Source: Pristiophorus japonicus (Eukaryota). Taken from it: 64,000 nt of DNA. Positions 1 to 13,036 of this stretch are shown here, piece by piece (position 1 is the stretch's first letter; each line of letters opens with the position of its first letter). Location of the stretch: contig NC_091997.1 of the NCBI RefSeq assembly GCF_044704955.1, forward strand, positions 25,048,001 to 25,112,000. The letters run 5' to 3'. The translations under genes and the position numbers were made by a program. The notes below the pieces were generated by a model that was given only the letters and a program-made list of their open reading frames with translations, was not told the origin of the DNA and did no database searches.

Positions 1-892
1 GTGTTCTTTAATATCCAAAGCCCTAGCTGATATCAGAATATAGAAAATTGATAGAATAAAGCAGAATGGTCAGTATTGACTGGTACGAAGGCCTAAAAAT
101 TGTGAATGCTAATGATTTTATGCAGCATTGCAGAACTAGCTCAACAGGAATGAAGCACAAGATTGTTAGCTCTCAAGATAAGCCATTTCAAATCATATAA
201 ACTACAACTGGGTGGTTTGAAACGAAGCAATAAGCTCATCTACTGTGCAGAATAATTTGTATTGGTGCTCCAAAAAGCTGCCAGCATTATCTCACTTTAT
301 TTAAATCTCTCTTTCTCTTTCCCACCCCACCCTCCCCCCGCCCCATCCCATGTGGTTGCTTACACTCAGCAGCTGCTCAGGAGGAAGAGCACTTTTGAAG
401 ATACTGGTGAGTACATGAACGTTAAATTCTGCCACGTTATATTCCCAGACAGACAAGAAGTCCACGCAACTTGCTCCTAGACTTATACCGATGTCACTTG
501 AAAGTTCTATGTGGACCTGGACAAGAACTAATGGGAAATCTTTCCCTGGGGAGCAGGGAGGAGAGAAGAACTCAACCTCTTCACAGTGCTTCACCTCACC
601 CAAAATACGATTCGACACAGAATTGTGAGCATGAATCCACATCCTAGCACTCTAGGGGAAGCATACAATAAACTGGATATACCATATAGAACCTTGTTTG
701 CCAGTCTCTTAAGACTGCTTAGATTGTATTTTGCTTATTTGTGTACCTGTAGTAGAAAGAAAACCATGGTAGTTGGGAAGGGAAAGGAGATATTGCAAAA
801 TAGAGGGGGTAAAAACACACCCTTTTTGTGAAAGTAGGACATGCCATAGCCAATTATGGACTAACATGTGCTATTTAATCTACCATACCCCA

Positions 893-898
893 TTTATT
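893..898 (-). terminator. Candidate poly(A) signal for DBF4B
   Basis: AATAAA on the minus strand about 250 nt after the stop. Confidence 0.35.
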
Positions 899-1148
899 AA
901 TCCAAGATGAAATTGAAGCAGAAACTCATTCAGAACTAATGCATTAATCTGGGACTTGCAACGTTAACAGCTTTTGTAAGGTGGTCTCTGAACCCATTAG
1001 CTCTCAAAAGTAAAATCATTCACAGTTCATAAAGTATATTGAAAGAGTCAATAGAATCTTTCAAATAACTTTGGCACAGTATTGTTAATTAGTGCAACCA
1101 TCCAGATAGGGCTCAAGTGTCGTATAACATGCTGGATGTGTGAGTGCA

Positions 1149-2847
1149 TCAGCTAGTCAGACCGTTCTCCTCTTTGTTCATCCAGTCTTCTTCAGATTTG
1201 TCCTTTAATACAGAGTATAACTGAGTCTCATACTCTGCATCTTTCACAGTAACACAAGTCTTTCTCAAGAGTTCCATGTCAACAGATTGGTCTTTGGTAA
1301 TAGCTTGTATATTGCCAAGTCTTGAAGACAACTGAATATCCCATTCAGATTCTGATGAAAACATTTCTGTATGAAATATGTCATTTTGAACAGAAGAATG
1401 GCAGAGGTTAGTTAGGTTGACAGAATTTTTACATCCGTTTTCATCCTCTTGAAAATTAGTTTTTGCACAGAGCAGAGTGTCAGATCCTAAATATTTCTGG
1501 GCATTGCTTTTAAAGGAAGAAATGAGCTGCATTACAGTATTTTTTGCTACATTCGAGTATTCAATTTCCTCATTTGTTACTTGAATTTCAGCTTCACCCT
1601 TAAGCACAGGGTCATCATTATGGACTACTTTGCAACTTTGGGATGTAAACCCTGCTGTATTCTGAGGAGCTGATAGCAACTCTTTTCCAGTCTGAACTGT
1701 TGCACTGCTTAAAGCAATTTTCATTGGCTCTTGGTCATGCTGAACGGTTTCGCTGGTTCGAACAAGCCAAATGTCTTCATTGACTTCCCGACTACCTGTA
1801 GCTGTAGTGTTTGGTAAGCTTGGCTTCTCTTCACAATCCCAAACCACTCTTTGTGGCATCCCCCAGTTTTCACATTCATTTCCAGCTCTACTGCTTTCAA
1901 TGTCTACTAGGCTTTCTTTACCAATCAACGGCCCGTACGAGTTAAACTTGGCAGACAAATCAAAATGCTCCCCCGTGGAGACGTTCATAGAACATGGAGT
2001 AGGAAACATATTTTGTTCAACACAAGTATGCGAAGTAAAGGTTTTATGCAGATCGGATAAATAAAGCAGTTCTGCATGTGGTTGGAAAATATGTTCATTG
2101 AAGTTACTGACAAGGGAATTGCTATTTTTAATGAAAGAGAAACAATCACATATACCAGTCAAATCATCCAGTTTGGGTCTCGGACTCCTCTCATCTTGTG
2201 AACTGATGTCAGAGTGTTTGCGTTTTTTAAAACTACAGTTGGTGCCTGTTGTAATTATATCACAATCGACCTTCCATGATTTAGGGATAGCTGTCATACA
2301 ATAAGAAACTTCTTCAGATGCAGATTTCATATGCTCCTGTTCAGACCGATGGCAGCTTTCTGAAGTTTCCTCTTTGTCAGCACCACACGAGATTTCTTGC
2401 ACAAAGGCATCCACACTATCCATTTGTTCATTAGGCATGTGGCAAGTTGCTCTCTCTGCTGCTACTCCTGTGTTAAAGTCCAATGAACTGCAATCTGGGG
2501 ATTTCATCACCAACTGTTTAGAGCATGCAACTATTTGATTCATGCAGTTGAAGGACTCCAGCTCGTGATCCTGCTGAAGGAGACAGGATCTGTGTCCATT
2601 AAGTTCCAGTCCTTGTTGGGTTAGCTCGTCATTTGTTTGGTCAGGTTTCACGTGATGCAGCTTTGAATTCTGACCAACCTCATCAATTCCTTCCAGATTT
2701 TCTACAGAAAAATTCATCAGTTGGCTTCCAGCTACAGATTCAAGTGAAAGTTTTTCTTCTCCAAGGACAAGGTCATTAACAGCCTGCAACGATTCCATGT
2801 ACATTTTGGATAGTGAAGTTTCAGGACTTGAAACCAGCTTCATGGAT
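1149..2847 (-). CDS. DBF4B: DBF4B (Drf1/ASKL1) last coding exon, long S/E/C-rich C-terminal region
   Basis: Acceptor ttcag at 2849-2848. Phase 2 from the previous exon (AG|A = Arg) puts it in frame with the 564-aa ORF 1149..2843, ending in TGA at 1151-1149. Confidence 0.88.
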
Positions 2848-4561
2848 CTGAATTAAAAACACAAATCTATAATAAATAAATTGGTCAAGGAGGCAAAAAA
2901 ATTAAATGGCCTAGAAATTCCCTACCTTACCACCAACCACTAGCGCCATATTTCTGAAAAAAATGGCAGCTGCCTCGCTTCTGGCATAGGACACGGCGGC
3001 CGCCATTTTGATGAGCTCCATAGCACTGTCATGGCCAGCGTTGGCCTCTCAAATTCAAATGAGCAGATTGTGATTTCAATTGGCGTGCAATCCCCATTTG
3101 ATGCATGACTGCAATTTTCGACGTCGCCGCTCTCCATAACATCCTCTCCAAACCATGCACGAAGGAACGTGCGAGTAGCAGCACTGCAGAGACGACATCA
3201 GCTCTTCTTAAAGGGACTCAGACATCTTTCGGGTAAGTCTGGATTTCAGCTTTTGGATTTTTTTTGGCTGCAAAACATTTACGAAAATACCTGCTGGCGC
3301 CCCGACTGCAGAATGTTGTGGTCTCAGGCATCCAGGCGGAGGGCAGCGTAAAGGCCCACGGATCCCAGGGACGCAGGTGGTTCGAAGGCGTACCTGGGAT
3401 CACATGGGCCCGGTCCTCCAATGACAAAAGGAGGATTCCATTGCAATCATGCATGAAGGGAATCCCCTAATGAAATGCAATAGAATCCCCAAATAATTAT
3501 ACGATGTACAGAATTGCAATTTTATTCATAAATTCCTTCATTGCACAGCTTCAATAGAAATTTAATTTTTTGATAATATTAAACATTAAGACTGTAATCC
3601 AGGTCAATATTTGCATAAACACATTTAATAAAGTGTGCGTATAATTTAGGATATAAAAGTATTCAATTTAAGGCTCAGATATCCCCTTATGCTCTTGCAT
3701 CAACCGCAAGACTTACGTGGGCAATTGCTGGTCAGTCGTTGGGCAAATAGCCCAACTCTGCGCCAACAATTGTTTTTTCGGAGCCCCTGAGGACGGCCTG
3801 TCAATGTGTACATAAAGGGCATTTAGGCACAAAAAAATATTTTCCACTCTTTGGAGCAAGTGTTGATTTAAAAATGAAAAAATAATCCTGCTGTTGTCCT
3901 TAATTTGGTTTTAGAATTACAGAGTGGTGCAGTCATAGAAATACAATGAAGTTTACAACACAGAAGCAAGCAATTTGGCCCAACCAGTCAGTGTCGGCGT
4001 TTATCCTCCACACGAGTAAGTAGTTCTAATCATATTTATCCACCATGTTCCTATATTCCATCAACTCCATTTCCTTCATCCACCCATGCATTTCCAACCA
4101 GAAGCTAGACACCCTCTTCATTGGGTAAGTGAAAGCAGCATTCAGGAGTGTTTTCCTGTTTCCCCACATCAGCCAACCTTGTGCCCTTGAAGTGGGCCTG
4201 CTTATTTAATACTAGTTTCATGCTTTGGATTCACATCCAACCGTAATCTAATCTGTGCATATTAAGGTTGAAAAGAACTGCATTAAGGTTGGACAAAAGT
4301 ATTTTACTAGGAATCTTTCGTCATCACAGAGGAAATGTTAATCACACCACACCAAAGGTGAAGTGCAACATTTTTCACTGTGGCATCCTGTCCCTTATCC
4401 TGCAAAGTTTAAAAGTAGTTGTGTTTTGCCGATTTGGCAGAGACTCAGAATACATCTAGGGAGGATTTCTATACAGACAGAATTCTCTGCTTAAAAGCAA
4501 TACTGTACATTAATTGTAAAAAAAAAAACTAAAGAGAAATACAAAATTTATCCAGGGTCAA

Positions 4562-4587
4562 ATATATATATATATATATATATATAT
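4562..4587. repeat. (TA)n microsatellite
   Basis: Direct reading; about 13 nt from a DBF4B donor. Confidence 0.95.
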
Positions 4588-4600
4588 GAAAGATTGTTAC

Positions 4601-4725
4601 CTCTGGATGCATCCATTGCTTTGGTACTCGACAAATTCATTTTCTAATTGAGACACAATGCCATCAAGGGCTGTGAACTGAGAGGGGTCACTGGCGAAGT
4701 CTTGATGCTGCTTCGAGTGAAGATG
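4601..4725 (-). CDS. DBF4B: DBF4B exon, second half of the motif-C zinc finger (HLHSKQHQDFA...)
   Basis: tgcag acceptor, gtaaca donor, 125 nt. HxxxxxH completes the CCHH zf-DBF finger. Confidence 0.93.
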
Positions 4726-5807
4726 CTGCAAAAAAGGTAAAATAAATGTCTAGTCTTTCTGAATTACTTTAGTTTAAATTTTTAAAAGTTGCCAATGCAA
4801 CCTCAATTAATGTGACATCCAATTAGCACTAGCAAAGAATTACCTAAATAATGCTCCAACTATTATGAATGGAGAATTACTGTATTAAAATTCTTTATCG
4901 ATGCTATTCGTTTTTAAACACCATTATACAAGGCACAGCTAAAACATAATTACACATTTGGCTGATTCAGCTACCAGCCAGTGCTCTTGGCTCATGCAAC
5001 ACAATCTCAGCAACTACTTGTTCCAGAAAATTATTGAGATTCATCACGGAAAATATCTTCTGCATTTGCTTAGCTTTCTTTGAGCTAATCCATAGCCACG
5101 TATCAGAGGAACAGAAAATCCTGGTAACCACGTTCTGCACATCAATGGTAAAAATCTGGCTACTTGGGCGACACCATCTACATTTAACTAGGCACTGTCC
5201 CTGACTACAATAGAGACTCATGCTGTAGCTATACTAAATTGGGTGGTTGATAAACTAACCCAATGAGCAAGATAGGCAAAATTCAGGCTAGTAAATGGGT
5301 AATTTCCCACTGCCTTGCTGATCTGGCTAAAAAGGTTAAGGAGATTATGGGTATTCAAAATATTCCCCCGTTTCATAGAAAATAAATAGTCTGAGCAGAA
5401 TGTTTTTTGGTGTTCAAATAAAAATAGCAATTTTGTTACCAGCAGTGGCATGTGTATCCCTTGCAGCTAAGTTGCTCTGATAACAAAACATACTGAGAGC
5501 ATGTCCGTGCATCCTGGAGTGGCTTCATAAGAAATATCAGTCATAATTTCAAATTACCTTGAGATCTGTGGGACCTGGGGAACTATGGAAAATCTCATCT
5601 CTAGCCTTTAACGTGATGTCACCCAGAGTTTCTTTGGCTGGTGTGAAATTGACACTCCTGCTGTTCAAGAAACTGGTCTGGGAGGCATAGGGAGTGTCCC
5701 TCTTGGCGGCACCATCAATTACTTACTTTTCTATAGCTCTCGATGAAAAACAATGGAATTAATGGTAAAGCTAGCTGCTAAATTGGTGTAGATATGGAAC
5801 CTGGTCC

Positions 5808-6192
5808 AATAAAAGACTTGCATTCATATAGCGCCTTTCACGACAACCAGATGTCCCAAAGCACTTTATAGCCAATGAAATACCTTTTTGAAGTGTAGTC
5901 ACTGTTATAATATAGGAAACATGGCAGCCAATTTGCGCACAGCAAGCTCCCAAACAGCAATGTGATAATGACCAGATAATCTGTTTTTTTTTAAAAAGTG
6001 ATGTTGATTGAGAGATTAATATTGGCCAGGACATGGGATAACTCCCCTGCTCTTCTTCGAAATTAGTGCCATGGGATCTTTTACGTCCATCTGAGAAGGT
6101 GTTTAACGTCTCATCCAAAAGACGGCACCTCTGACAGAACTACACTGGAGTGTCAGTCTACATTTGTGTGCTCAAGTCTCTGGAGTGGGATG
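5808..6192 (-). mobile_element. tRNA-derived Deu-domain SINE (SacSINE1-like), partial
   Basis: Reverse complement of the core in the 33330 copy, with L2-like tail aaaggcgctatatgaatgcaagt. Confidence 0.8.
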
Positions 6193-6194
6193 CC

Positions 6195-7240
6195 TCAATA
6201 AAGAGGACAATATGAATATGAAGAGTGGAACAACAATGGAGCTCTGGCGAGCTGATCATGTGGGCTCAAGAGGAAGAACCCGTGGAGGAGATGTAATGTA
6301 TCTGTTAAGACTGATATCAGCGAAGCCAAGAGAGAGCAATGCAACCGAGGTAGACTGCAGAGGAGACAGAGGTTGGAGTGGTAGATGATTTCAAAGGCAG
6401 TGAAAGCATCAGCAAAAGACAAGGAGGAACAGTAATGTGATGCCATTTATGTTATTTGAATAGTGCTAGGTATGGCCTGGGAGCTTGATTAGGTGCTCTC
6501 GAATAAGCTGATACATTCTACGATCTTGGAAAGAAAAGAAACATTGAGCTAAAGTGGTATTTAAAAAGGGAATGAAGGGGCTGAAGGGTTCTATTTTCAG
6601 TTTTCAAGGTAGTAGAGATAGTGCCAGAGAAAAAAGAATAGATTGTTGATATCAGCAAGCATGAGATTGAGATGAGGAAGTTGAGTGGTCAGGAACCGAG
6701 ATGATAGAGGGTCAAGGGAGCAGGTAGTTTGCTTCACGAATGAGTGTAATATGAGATAAGGGAGAAACTATGGAGTATGTGGTGGGTGGAGACATGGCCA
6801 TGAAACAGGCAGTTGGGAAGGTTTGGAGTGGAGGGGACATGGGAAGACCTGGCGAGGCAGAAGCAGCTGTGCTGATTTAGATTTTTTGATTCAAATACAA
6901 ATAAGTTTATGAGCTCTTGCATTTAGTGTTTGAGATGAGTGCAATGGTTGGACAAGACTGCTGGTGATGGAAGAGTTCTTTCTAATGTCCAGAATTATTT
7001 TGGAATAGTAATCTGATTTGGGTATGGAAAGGGAGCAACAGTAGCTTGTGGCTGTCGAAATAAATCTGGCTGGTCAGTTGCAATGTGCATTTGAGGTCAC
7101 AGGTGGTGTTGTAGACCATCTGGGATCCAAAGTGGTGGAAAGAAAGTTGTGCAATCAAGTGTGGGAGAGGCATTTGAGCACCATCCGGGCAATCCAGCAA
7201 CGAAGGAGACCCAGCTTGAGGGTCTCGATACGAATAAAAA
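6195..7240 (-). mobile_element. Old L2-like LINE fragment
   Basis: Purine-rich plus strand resembling the L2 copy at 22808-24285; heavily decayed. Confidence 0.5.
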
Positions 7241-7554
7241 AAATTGACATTTTTGCTGATCATCAAAAATTCTGTTCAAACATTTGGAAGTACTTTTCTT
7301 CCCCTTTGAGGAAGTGGTAGCTTTAAAAAAAAAACAGGCCCAGCATGAAAGTGGAATTCCAAGGATCCATTTAAAGAAAAAATAAACAACATTAGGCATT
7401 GAGCTTATGGAATGGAACATCTTGCACAGATAATTTTGCAAATATTCTAATATTACAAAAGGATCACAACTAAAACAATACAATGGATAGAATCAGTCTA
7501 CCAAGGCTCTGTTTGATCCTATTTGAAGTACTATTCTAAAAGATTTACACTCAC

Positions 7555-7681
7555 CTCAACAAGGTCATAGAATGTCTCGTGGCAACATTCACAGAACCGC
7601 TGCCGTTTCTTTTCTACATGCAATGCTGCTGGTTTTGAGAAAGTTTCTACATCTCCCTCACTGTTAGTCATTCTACAGTCC
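7555..7681 (-). CDS. DBF4B: DBF4B exon, first half of motif C (KKRQRFCECCHETFYDLVE)
   Basis: cacag acceptor, gtgagt donor, 127 nt. CECC signature of the Dbf4 zinc finger. Confidence 0.94.
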
Positions 7682-8240
7682 CTGTGCAATGGTAAAAAAT
7701 TAAAATGGTCATTAATTCAGATTACAAATGCAAACAATGGCTTCACATACATCAAGAAGCACAAAACTAGAAGAACATCTTCCAAAGCAAATGAACAAAA
7801 TAACTATTGGGACAAAGTGTTCTGGATATGATGCGAGGTTTTCTTTTAGCTGCCAGACATGGCTACACAGCCCACAAATATTAGATATTTCAGAGACTTG
7901 TTTAATAACTCATCAAATGATACACCTATCCCAATGTTTTCTCAGAGAAAAATGAGGCAATAGTAACAGAATTTGTGAATGAGTAATTGTAAAATAATAA
8001 TGGTGAGCCACCCAATTGCTGGAAGGTCTGGATAAAAATAAATTTGGGATGATGACAACACAAGTTCAATGGTATTTTATATTTAATTGTGTTCTGTTAT
8101 TAAGAACTTTACCAGTCATTTAAAAAAAAACTAGACATAACTAACCATTTAATAAAAATTCCATTCATAAAATCCTAGGAGTCAATGTTCAAAACTAAAA
8201 GTTTACTACAAAACACAGTAATCTATATACAAAAGTTTAC

Positions 8241-8375
8241 CCAAGTTTGCTCTTTTCTTGCTCCCGACATCCACTCCTAGATTTCTTCAGAGGATCAAAT
8301 GCACTAAAGCCTCTCTGGGATTCATAGTTCAGTTCTGGATAGTTGACAAACTGCTGGTAGAGAGGTCTAAAATGC
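8241..8375 (-). CDS. DBF4B: DBF4B exon, motif M part 2 (HFRPLYQQFVNYPELNY...FSAFD)
   Basis: tgcag acceptor, gtaaac donor, 135 nt, phases consistent with both neighbours. Confidence 0.9.
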
Positions 8376-8754
8376 CTGCATACACACAATTTGTCAACAC
8401 TTACAAATAATTCTGTAGTCATTGAATGAATTTAATGCATTTAAAATCAAGTTTTTTATTTTATTTAGTGAATTAGAGTTAAAAATATACCACAACAATG
8501 ACTTGATTTATATTATTCCCAGTAACACAACTGTAAAAAGCAATGGAAAGTACAATGAGCAGTAAAATGTTCTACAAATTCACTTTCACATTAATATTTC
8601 ATTCTTAATGCCAAATATACCAATCAGGTTGAAACAAATACTTATTGTCCACTGTACTCATGTTGAAAGATGTCCACATATTTCAATACTCAAGACCCAT
8701 TTATAAACAAATATTAAATAAGTGTAATCCTTGTGTGAGAAGCTATCACCTTAC

Positions 8755-8800
8755 CGACTGGAATCTTCAATTTTAAGATAGGGCTGTTTTAGTTTTCCCA
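8755..8800 (-). CDS. DBF4B: DBF4B exon, motif M part 1 (VGKLKQPYLKIEDSSR)
   Basis: aacag acceptor, gtaagg donor, 46 nt. LKxPyLKiED is the Dbf4 motif M signature. Confidence 0.93.
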
Positions 8801-9166
8801 CTGTTCAAGCAAAAATGAAATGAAATGTAATTAATAATAGTACCCAGAATCAACTGATTTACAGAGAAAATTTAAACTAAAGCTACTGCACGAAGAAGTA
8901 CCGACAAACATGATGAGATTATAGCATTAAAACAGCATTTTCCCAGGACGAACTAGAAGCTGTAATTGCAATGTGCTCAACTCCCAGATTCAGTTCCCAA
9001 CCTATTAGTATGTAATGCTCAATAGGTTCCATTTTAAAATTGGATTTTAGATAAAGCCCGATCACAATAACAATGCATGTCGCCATTTTTATTTTACTGG
9101 TGGATCTTCCATGGCATTGTTGTAATAATCTTGATGATGTGCTGATTTGAGGACAAAATTGTTATA

Positions 9167-9600
9167 TCATAGAAATGTACAGCACAGAAGGCGGCCAGTC
9201 AGTGCAATCGTACTTAGTCACACACACCTCGCTTTTTGTCCGTAATCCTGTAAGTTCCTCATCCTCCAGTACCTGGCCAATTCCCCTTTAAAATTATTTA
9301 TGGACTCAGCTTCCACCACCTTTTCAGGTAGAGCGTTCCAGATCCCGACAATTCCGAAAAAAAATTCTCCTCATCTCCCTTCTAGATCTTTTTCCAATGA
9401 TTTTGAATCTATGACCTCCAGTTATTGACCCGCTCGCCAGCGGGAATAGCTTTCCTTATTTGCTCTATTAAAACTTATCTTCTTGAAAGCCTCGATTAGT
9501 TCACTTCTAAGCCTTCTCTGTTCCAGGAAGAACAGTCCTAACTTTTCCAACCTCTTCATAACTGAAGTCCCTCATCCCTGTAAACCTCATTAATCCCCTT
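9167..9600 (-). mobile_element. CR1 LINE 3' fragment
   Basis: catagaa tail and reverse-complement CR1 ORF2 end / 3'UTR. Confidence 0.7.
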
Positions 9601-9783
9601 TCTAATGCAGTGTATTATTCTGCTACCGTGGAACGGTTTCCCTTTAAGGTCGCAAAGTCTAATTGTTGTTAAGTTAAATGTCAGCCTTGGCTCAGTCGTA
9701 GCACTCTTGCCTGAGTCAGAAGGTTGTGGATTCAAGACCCACTCTACAGACTTGAGCACACAATCGACGCTTTCACTTCAGTA

Positions 9784-10120
9784 CAGGTACAACGTCTGAA
9801 ATCCTCAGGACTGAGTCCATTCCAGTTTTTGGGTTTTTCCAGATTTCAAAGAAGAAAATCAATAGCCTGAAATCCGGAATCCTTGACCGAATCTGTGCCG
9901 GGGTTTGAGCGGCGAGATCCGAAACCTGACACTGATTCGGTCGAGGATTCCGGATTTCAGACTTGATTTTCTTGTTTGAAATCCGGAATCCTTGGGTTTT
10001 GTCTCAAAAATGTCTGTTTTTCAATCAATAATTCCAGACGACTCCATCAGCTATGTGCAAAATGTCCGGTTTTTGGACAATTCCGGTTTTGGGAGTTCTG
10101 GATTTGGGATGTTGCACTTG
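9784..10120. mobile_element. Tc1/mariner-pogo type MITE
   Basis: TA on both sides; imperfect TIRs CAGGTACAACGTCTGAAATCC / GGATTTGGGATGTTGCACTTG; internal TCCGGA-rich subrepeats. Confidence 0.7.
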
Positions 10121-10275
10121 TATAGTAATTAGGGAGCGCTGTACTGTCGGAAGTGCTGTCTCTTAGATGAAAGGTTGAACAAAGGCCTCGTCTGCCCTCT
10201 CAGGTGGATGCAAAAGAGTCCACTGTACTATTTGAAGAGCAGGGGAGCAGGGGTTCTCCTGGTTTCCTGGCCACA

Positions 10276-10759
10276 GCTAGAGTACTGCGTACAATTCTAG
10301 TCACCACAATACAGGAAAGATGTGATTGCATGAGGATGTTGCCAGGATTAGAGGATATTAGCTATAAGGAAAGATTGAATAGGCTGGGGTTATTTTCTTT
10401 GGAACAGAGGATGGTGAGGGGAGACTTAATTATATAAAATGAGGAGGGGCCTTGATTGAGTGGATAGGAAGGACCTATTTCAATAACCAGGGGGCATAGA
10501 TTTAAAGTAATTGGTAGAAGGATTAGAGGAGAGTTGAGGAGAACTTTTTTCACCTAGAGGCGGTGGGGGTCTGGAACTCACTACCTGAAAGGGTGGTAGA
10601 GGCAGAAACCCTCACCCCATTTAAAAAGTACTTGGATACGCACTTGAAGTGCTGTAACCTAAAAGATACTGGACCAAGAGCTGAAAAGTGGGATTAGGCT
10701 GGGTAGCTCTTTTTCGGCCAGCACAGACACAATGGGCTGTAAATTTCTATGATTCTATA
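10276..10759 (+). mobile_element. CR1 LINE 3' fragment
   Basis: Encodes LPGLEDISYKERLNRLGLFSLEQR..RGDLI; ends ttctatgattctat. Confidence 0.85.
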
Positions 10760-12028
10760 ATCGTTATCCCTCAACCAACACCCAAAATAGATGATCTAGT
10801 CAATTATTTATTTGCTGTTTGCGAGACCTTGTGCTCAAATTGGCTGCGGTGTTCCTTACAGTACAACAGTGACTACACTTCAAAAGTACTTCATTGGCTG
10901 TAGTGATTTGGAACGTCCGGAGGTCGTGAAAGGCGCTAAATAATAAGAACGCTTTCTTTTCTTTACACACATGCTACTTTAATTGTTGTTTGGTCAAGGA
11001 ACCCTGATTAGAATGCATGTGTCAGTTTCATGCTGCAGCTCAGAAGCACTCCGGCCCGATACTAAACAAGAGATGGGAAGGGTGCGGGGGAGCCCGGTAC
11101 TGGTCGAAGAAGCTGGCAATGCCGGGGATGTTGGGCCTGCTCCTGCTCAATAGCCGGCTGGATTGACTGCCTGGCTGGCAGACGGGAACAGTGAATTGCG
11201 GCAGGAGGCCGCAGCCGGGGACCCATGGGGACGGTCCCCGGCAGTCAGAAGTTCTGGATCAGTGTCGAGATTGAGGTGGAGGGGGGGCGGGGTTAGACAG
11301 CAACATCAGTGCCGTGCTCGGGAGGGCGGGTAGGCAGCAAGATCAAGGAGTATGTCTTTAATGCTTACCTTAGGCAGTTGGTGCCTCCCACCCTGAACTT
11401 TCTGCCGGGCATCAGACAGCATGGGCCTCCCCGACATGCAGTTAAGTTTAAGCCACGACTTTTGAATCATTTTGTTAATTAGGCCTCTGCCTGAGTTTTA
11501 CAAGAGCCTCGTTGATGACCCGATTTGTTTTCTATTCATTTAAATGGCTGGGAATGAGATTAGGTTGCTCAATCCCAAAATTTTAACCCCTCTGGTAGGG
11601 GGAGAGGCAAGTTAAAATCAAGGCCATTATTTTAAGATTGTAACTTTAATGAAGTGTAACATCCTGAGTATAACTTCTACGCTAGACTACCATTTTTAAT
11701 ATTGAAATGCACAATATATTGGTCTATTCCAGCCTGACAAAGCACAGCAGGTGTTTAATACTAGCAGAAGCCAAGTGCAAATCTGCAACTCAGAGTATCT
11801 ATTATTTTGGGAAAGGCAGTGAAGCAGCAACAGGGGTAGATTTAATAATAAAAAGGAATTGTCTCTACATTTACAGAACATTTCCTATAATTAATAAAGC
11901 TTTCTGAATGAAAGATAGGCAATATTTTTTATTTCATGTTATAACACCGTACAAATAAATTGGCAAACTATCTTTGTGACTAGCATTAAAAATTACATGC
12001 AAAAAAAACGAGTCATATCATAACTGAC

Positions 12029-12071
12029 CTTTCGCACTCTTGCAGATGGATTTAGATGAATGACCATTTCC
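12029..12071 (-). CDS. DBF4B: DBF4B small exon (GNGHSSKSICKSAK)
   Basis: tttttcag acceptor, gtcagt donor, 43 nt. It supplies the phase 0->1 change needed between the flanking exons. Confidence 0.8.
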
Positions 12072-12971
12072 CTGAAAAACACCCCAAAAATCAATTAATT
12101 TCTACAATGGGACTTCAAAAGGCTTTATTTAAAAACAGAGTTTTAGTGCAAGTACATCTTTTTGCTTCCTCAAAAGCTAGCAATTTAGGTCAAATACACT
12201 GGCATGCATGCATGCTCACAATATAAAATTTGCCATGGAGGTGTTTATGAATTTGCATCTCAGTATAACAAATGACTTGTATTCAGGGCCACTGGATTGG
12301 TATAACTCTTATTGTTAGCGATTGCACCAATGTGTTTCTTTCTTCCATGTACTTCATTTATCGATGGAGTTAATTATAAATGCATACTTACAGCAGCTAA
12401 AGCTAGTCAAACATGCAACTAAGACAAAGAATTATAGGTGGTATGAAGTAATAATGATCACATTTACTCAAGCGGTTGAGGTGACACATGCAATAACAAA
12501 ATTCTGAACCCTTCGAGACTTAAAAAAAAATCATTTATTATACTATTGTCTTAGCAAAATTAAAGCAACTACCAGCAGTTGCAAAACTGCAGCTGTTACA
12601 GCAACTGAAGATCATCACTGTACAGTGCAGCAGCAGCAATTTACATGGTAGAATAGAAATTGTGCAGCTCTAAAACACCAAGGATTGAAGAACCCAGCAC
12701 ATCCGATCTCAGAATTGCATTATTAAAAGGGTGCTAATTGGGCAACTACATCATCACTAAAAGCTTGGCCTTAAAATCAGAGCTGAAGTTGCATTAGAAT
12801 GCTCTTTGTTTTATTGAAACTACATTAAAAAAAAACGAGAAACAGCAGAAAGTGAATATGACTCAATTAGCCTTTGTTCAGAGATCCCTGAAATACTCAA
12901 GCTTTACTCCTCTGCCCACAGTCTTGTCACATAGCTCAGGTTTAAAATATAAACACACAGACAAAACTTAC

Positions 12972-13036
12972 CTCAGTTTTCCTATTGGCATTTAGCAGTT
13001 TCTTAAAACCCTTTTTTTCAAAATATGCCAGTAGAT
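12972..13036 (-). CDS. DBF4B: DBF4B exon after the U12 intron (DLLAYFEKKGFKKLLNANRKTE)
   Basis: Acceptor preceded by the U12 branch point CCTTAAC; gtaagt donor; 65 nt, in frame. Confidence 0.87.

Larger units (their letters stand above)
9680..10955 (+). mobile_element. Deu-domain tRNA SINE split by two insertions (MITE 9784-10120, CR1 about 10276-10759)
   Basis: tRNA head tggctcagtcgt...gattcaagaccc; core resumes near 10123; tail resumes near 10760 and ends gtcgtgaaaggcgcta. Confidence 0.8.

Noticed and set aside
1149-2843. 564-aa ORF as a standalone novel gene
   Set aside because: It is preceded by an in-phase splice acceptor and is the last exon of DBF4B.
1149-2847. beta-TrCP phosphodegron as described for Xenopus Drf1
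   Set aside because: I could not find a clear DSGxxS-type motif in the translation.
5559-5735. Extra DBF4B exon between the two zinc-finger exons
   Set aside because: A donor-like site is present, but there is no convincing acceptor or open frame, and an insert would split the CCHH finger.
9790-10110. CRISPR-like or tandem array of TCCGGA motifs
   Set aside because: Irregular subrepeats inside a TA-flanked MITE; eukaryotic context, no constant repeat-spacer period.
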